DNA from: Thermodesulfobacteriota bacterium
Lineage (GTDB): Bacteria > Desulfobacterota_D > UBA1144 > Nemesobacterales > N074bin48
DNA length: 64,000 nt
Assembly (NCBI GenBank): GCA_041572575.1
Contig: JBFFSH010000003.1
Span: 7,081-71,080 of the forward strand
Direction of reading: 5' to 3'
Position 1 is the first letter of the stretch. Each line of letters begins with the position of its first letter. Shown in pieces: positions 60,180 to 64,000 of the stretch. The position numbers were made by a program, and so were the translations under genes. The notes below the pieces were generated by a model. It was given only the letters and a program-made list of their open reading frames with translations, did not search any database and was not told the origin of the DNA.

Positions 60180-61085
60180 ATGAGAAATACAATGGCTCTA
60201 ATAATACTAATAGCACTTTTTAGCTTTGCCTGCGGAAGTGAAAATACAAGCAGTGCCGAAAATATGTCATTTGGCGACTACTGGTACAAGGGAAAGGCAG
60301 AGATCACCAGTTACAAATTACAGCAGGCAAGATATGGACAAATAAATAGTGGTGATGCGGTACTGATTTTCGTTACAGAAGATTTTTCTAATTCAAAACA
60401 GGTAAAACTTGATAACCTGCAAAGTGTGCCCGATGATGCAGTAAAAGTACTAAAACTTAACTCAACCAGAAAATTTCTTACAGGCATTTATCCCTATTCG
60501 ATAATGACCTCTGTGTTCAGCCCTGTTGACTTCGTATCAAAACCTAATGCAATGAAACTAACATTTTCCTCTCAGGAATGGTGCGGTCATGTATACACAC
60601 AGGCAAATCATAAAAACAATAAATATGTAATCAGTTCATATTCCTATTTTGAATCCGAGGGTGACGCAAAAACTGAATTAGATGATGCCCTACTCGAAGA
60701 TGAGCTGTTTACAAAGATAAGACTATCTCCTGATAGCCTGCCCACAGGAAAAATTAAAATTATTCCCTCACTTCTTTTTTCAAGACTAAAACATTTTGAT
60801 CTAAAAGTAGAGGACGCTTTAGCCGAAAAAGTTGCCTCTGATTCTACAAATGATTTAGTTTCCTATAAAGTGAAATATAAAAACCTGCAAAGAACAGTAA
60901 GAATAGATTTTCTAAATAAATTTCCTTTTGAAATTATAGGATGGAGCGAAGAATATAAGAGCGGATTTGGAGCAAATGCAAAAATGTTAACAACAACTGC
61001 GACTAATCATAAGTCTATTATGCTGGATTATTGGAACAAAAATAGTTTAGATGATGAGGATTTAAGAAAGCAACTTGGGTTATAA
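60180..61085 (+). CDS. Hypothetical lipoprotein
   Basis: 301 aa. Signal peptide ending LFSFAC (lipobox-like). No recognised domain. Confidence 0.5.
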   Translation: MRNTMALIILIALFSFACGSENTSSAENMSFGDYWYKGKAEITSYKLQQARYGQINSGDAVLIFVTEDFSNSKQVKLDNLQSVPDDAVKVLKLNSTRKFLTGIYPYSIMTSVFSPVDFVSKPNAMKLTFSSQEWCGHVYTQANHKNNKYVISSYSYFESEGDAKTELDDALLEDELFTKIRLSPDSLPTGKIKIIPSLLFSRLKHFDLKVEDALAEKVASDSTNDLVSYKVKYKNLQRTVRIDFLNKFPFEIIGWSEEYKSGFGANAKMLTTTATNHKSIMLDYWNKNSLDDEDLRKQLGL

Positions 61086-61091
61086 ATATAA

Positions 61092-61121
61092 GCTGCCACC
61101 CTTAATCTTAAGAGTGGCAGC
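61092..61121. terminator. Putative bidirectional terminator hairpin (GCTGCCAC / GTGGCAGC)
   Basis: 8-bp GC-rich perfect stem between the convergent lipoprotein (+) and hsp20 (-) genes. Flanked by T-rich runs on both strands. Confidence 0.45.
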
Positions 61122-61132
61122 CGGAATTACTT

Positions 61133-61546
61133 TTAACTAACTTTTACATCGATTTGCTTTGGTTTTGCTTCTACTTTTTTTGGCAGACTTACTTCAAGCA
61201 CGCCGTTTTTATAGTTTGCCGTAACTGATTCTACATTTACGTTTTCGGGTAGATTGAATCTTCTTTCGAACTTTCCGTATCTTCTTTCGACTCTGATATA
61301 GTTTTCGTCTTCTTTCTTTTCTTCATATTTTTTCTCGCCGCTGATTGTGAGTGTACCGTCTTTTACGTCTATCTTGATTTCCTCTTTACTTAGACCGGGG
61401 ATTTCAGCGTTTATCACATACTTATCACTTTTTTCGTAAACGTCTACGCTTGGAGAGAGTCTTCCCTCGTCGTAATAGTCTTTATTAAGCAATGAACCAA
61501 AAGCATTATCAATAAAAGGCTCAAATAATCTAATTCCTAATGACAT
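61133..61546 (-). CDS. Hsp20/alpha-crystallin family small heat-shock protein
   Basis: 137 aa. Alpha-crystallin domain (VDVYEKSDKYVINAEIPGLSKEEIKIDV...LTISGEKK) and C-terminal I/V-x-I/V-like tail. Confidence 0.9.
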   Translation of the reverse strand: MSLGIRLFEPFIDNAFGSLLNKDYYDEGRLSPSVDVYEKSDKYVINAEIPGLSKEEIKIDVKDGTLTISGEKKYEEKKEDENYIRVERRYGKFERRFNLPENVNVESVTANYKNGVLEVSLPKKVEAKPKQIDVKVS

Positions 61547-61733
61547 TGTTTTTACCTCCTAAACAATTTTTAGATAATATTAAAGTAATCATCCTTCGAT
61601 GGGTTTCAAGGGGATAATAGAGAAATATTTTAAAAAAAGTTTATGGATGTTATATATAAAACTTAGTATAATCAGTAGCTTAATAGTTGTGGGTATATTA
61701 AATCAATTCCGGGCTTAATTTAGGATATTATCA

Positions 61734-62306
61734 ATGTGTCTTTTTATAAAACAGTTTTTTACAAAACCCCTATCTACAGGAGCCATTCATCCTTCTTCGG
61801 ATGAACTTGCCGAATTGATTACTGATACTGCCGAGCTTAAAAAAAGAAATCTTATAGTCGAAATTGGCTCTGGTACTGGAGTATTTACTCAAAAGATATG
61901 CGAAAAAAAGAATGACAATGCCGGATTTTTTGTGATCGAGTTAAACCCTCTTTTTGTAGAACAAACAAAAAGAAGGTGTCCTGCCGTAAATGTGGTTGAA
62001 GATTCAGCAGCAAACATAAATCTGTATTTAGAAAAGCAGGGTTATAAGAGCTGTGATTGTATTATATCCGGACTGCCGTGGGCTTCTTTTGATAATAATA
62101 TGCAGGACAGTATTTTACAAAATTTATATAATTCGATGACTCCGGGTGCAGTATTTTTAACCTTTTCCTATGTGCAAAGTTTACTAATGCCGTCTGGAAG
62201 AAGGTTTAAAAATAAATTAAATAGTATGTTTGGAAATGTTGAGCAAACAAAAGTAATATGGAAAAATGTCCCCCCGGCATTTGTATACTGGGTTTATAAA
62301 TCATAG
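61734..62306 (+). CDS. Class I SAM-dependent methyltransferase (small, rRNA-adenine-dimethylase-like fold)
   Basis: 190 aa. VEIGSGTGVFT motif I and GLPW (DPPY-like) motif. Confidence 0.75.
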   Translation: MCLFIKQFFTKPLSTGAIHPSSDELAELITDTAELKKRNLIVEIGSGTGVFTQKICEKKNDNAGFFVIELNPLFVEQTKRRCPAVNVVEDSAANINLYLEKQGYKSCDCIISGLPWASFDNNMQDSILQNLYNSMTPGAVFLTFSYVQSLLMPSGRRFKNKLNSMFGNVEQTKVIWKNVPPAFVYWVYKS

Positions 62307-62341
62307 GTCTTAATACTCTCTATTAATAATAAAACGTATAA

Positions 62342-64000
62342 ATGGAAACAACAAAGCAAGATAAAAAAGTGATAATTATAGGCGGAGGTCCTGCGGGGCT
62401 TACTGCGGCCTATGAGCTGAATAAGCACGGTATAAGGTCGGAAGTTTTCGAAAAGGATAATATCGTAGGAGGTATTTCGCGCACGGTAAATTACAAAGGC
62501 TACAGATTTGATATAGGCGGTCACAGGTTTTTTACAAAAGTAAAAGTAGTACAGGATATGTGGGATGAAGTATTGCAGAATGAATTTTTACTAAGAGACC
62601 GTCTTTCGAGAATTTATTATAAAAGGAAATTCTTCAGTTATCCGTTCGAAGTCAAAAATGCAGTGTTTGGTCTTGGTATATTCAACAGTATGACTATAGT
62701 TCTTAGCTATCTAAAAGCACAGATTTTCCCAATAAAACCTGAAAATACTTTTGAACACTGGATCACAAACAGATTCGGATACAGGCTCTATAAGATATTC
62801 TTCAAAACATATACTGAGAAAGTGTGGGGGATACCATGCTCTCAGATAAGTTCAGAATGGGCAGCACAACGAATAAGAGGACTGTCTCTGTTTTCTGCAC
62901 TAAAAAATGCACTCCTAAAACAGCCTGCTGCCAATAAAGATGTTATTAAGACCTTAATAAATTCATTTCATTACCCTAAAATGGGCCCCGGTATGATGTG
63001 GGAAAAAGTAAGAGACCTGGTTGAACAGGGTCTTAGTACCGTACATATGAACAGCGGGGTAGATAAAATTTACTGGGAAGATGGCAAAATCGTATCAATT
63101 TTTTCCGAAAATACAAAATCTGTACAAGGCACGGATTTTATAAGCAGCATGCCCATAAGGGAGCTTATTGCAAAGCTTGACCCCGCCGCTCCAAAAGATA
63201 TTATTGAAGCATCTCAGAAACTAAACTACAGGGATTTTATCACAGTAGCATTAATAATTGATAAAGAAGATATATTTAAAGATAACTGGATTTATATTCA
63301 TGACCCCGCTGTAAATGTGGGCAGGATACAAAACTTCAAAAACTGGAGCCCGTTTATGGTACCAGACCCGAAGAAGACCTGCCTTGGCCTGGAATATTTC
63401 TGTTTTGAAGATGACAATTTTTGGTCAATGAGTGATGAAAAGTTAATTGAACTTGCAAAAGAGGAACTACAACTGCTTGGCTTTGCCACGAAGTCTCAAA
63501 TTAGTGATGGAACAGTAGTAAGAATGCCAAAAGCATATCCAGTATATGATGATGAATACAAAGCTGCTCTAAATACTGTTAAGGGATTTTTAGCAAATAT
63601 ATGTAATATACAGCTTGTAGGAAGAAACGGAATGCATAAGTATAACAACCAGGATCATTCAATGCTAACCTCAATTCTTGCAGTCAGGAATATATTAGGC
63701 GCAAAATATGAACTTTGGAATGTAAATGCCGATCAGGACTATCATGAAGAAATAAAAGATCGTGAGCTTGTATCAAGCGAACTTTCTCAAATATCCTATA
63801 CACAGCCCCTCGTGCCATCAGTATTTGCTGTACCCAGATCAGAGAACAATGTGGTAGAAAAAGCTATTATCAGGGTATTTTCGAGACTTGATAAATTTGC
63901 TTTTGCTTCGGCTGTGGGTATTGCAAGTTTTATCTTCATCTTTTTCACTACTTTGTTTTTAGATTTTAAAGGCAGCCCCGAGGTAGTAAATAGCATGCTT
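62342..64000 (+). CDS. NAD(P)/FAD-dependent oxidoreductase (amine-oxidase / UDP-galactopyranose-mutase-like), 3' end beyond window
   Basis: Open frame from the ATG at 62342 to the window end (553 codons, no stop). N-terminal dinucleotide-binding motif [19 protein letters not shown] and the GGHRFF motif. Absent from the ORF track because it has no in-window stop. Confidence 0.75.
   Translation, partial: METTKQDKKVIIIGGGPAGLTAAYELNKHGIRSEVFEKDNIVGGISRTVNYKGYRFDIGGHRFFTKVKVVQDMWDEVLQNEFLLRDRLSRIYYKRKFFSYPFEVKNAVFGLGIFNSMTIVLSYLKAQIFPIKPENTFEHWITNRFGYRLYKIFFKTYTEKVWGIPCSQISSEWAAQRIRGLSLFSALKNALLKQPAANKDVIKTLINSFHYPKMGPGMMWEKVRDLVEQGLSTVHMNSGVDKIYWEDGKIVSIFSENTKSVQGTDFISSMPIRELIAKLDPAAPKDIIEASQKLNYRDFITVALIIDKEDIFKDNWIYIHDPAVNVGRIQNFKNWSPFMVPDPKKTCLGLEYFCFEDDNFWSMSDEKLIELAKEELQLLGFATKSQISDGTVVRMPKAYPVYDDEYKAALNTVKGFLANICNIQLVGRNGMHKYNNQDHSMLTSILAVRNILGAKYELWNVNADQDYHEEIKDRELVSSELSQISYTQPLVPSVFAVPRSENNVVEKAIIRVFSRLDKFAFASAVGIASFIFIFFTTLFLDFKGSPEVVNSML

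Noticed and set aside
61547-61733. CIRCE/HAIR heat-shock operator upstream of hsp20
   Set aside because: No TTAGCACTC-N9-GAGTGCTAA inverted repeat and no HspR-type inverted repeat is present in the upstream region.
1-64000. Search for CRISPR arrays, tRNA/rRNA/tmRNA/RNase P, integrases, transposases, reverse transcriptases and phage genes
   Set aside because: No direct-repeat/spacer periodicity in any intergenic region. No GC-rich structured-RNA-like blocks with T-loop or CCA features. No ORF with DDE, tyrosine-recombinase or YxDD motifs. The window appears to lack these elements.

Overview
This is an AT-rich (roughly mid-30s % GC) bacterial chromosomal segment with dense, mostly housekeeping coding. 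No rRNA, tRNA, CRISPR array, integrase, transposase or reverse transcriptase is recognisable.

Recognisable core genes:
- pgk (partial) and gap on the minus strand, with overlapping stop and start.
- hisG, murA, prmC.
- A maf-yggS-proC-yggT block.
- An aldehyde dehydrogenase.
- thiD and folD, then an ABC-F ATPase (Uup-like) with a SAM methyltransferase.
- folK and a pterin-4a-carbinolamine dehydratase.
- A MoxR AAA+ ATPase, secA, smc.
- A DnaJ/DUF4388/TPR protein and a PpiD-like chaperone.
- fxsA.
- htrA/degP.
- A DtxR/MntR-family regulator.
- hsp20.

Functional themes that stand out:
1. Coenzyme F420/FO biosynthesis genes:
- cofD-cofG-cofH sit in one operon.
- A cofE-like ligase and an LLM-class (possibly F420-dependent) oxidoreductase are found elsewhere in the window.
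2. An ergothioneine locus:
- egtB and egtD are followed, in apparent operon, by a sigma-region-4-like HTH/TPR protein.
- Next comes an OpuC-type ABC transporter: an ATPase plus a fused substrate-binding-domain/permease.
3. A compact accessory cassette at about 9.7-11.8 kb:
- It encodes small secreted or Cys-rich proteins and two RelE/ParE-type toxin-antitoxin pairs.
- The two pairs flank a 125-aa protein carrying beta-carbonic-anhydrase-like Cys/His metal-site motifs.
4. A YdbH/AsmA-like 1159-aa envelope protein followed by a DUF1318 (YdbL-like) protein with an acidic extension.
5. A second accessory-like stretch at about 44-50.9 kb:
- It holds lipoprotein and secreted orphans, an RHH-MazF/PemK toxin-antitoxin pair and sixA.
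- It ends with a 932-aa orphan protein with a possible transglutaminase-like Cys-His-Asp signature.

All functional calls come from reading the translated ORFs for family motifs. No database search was run.
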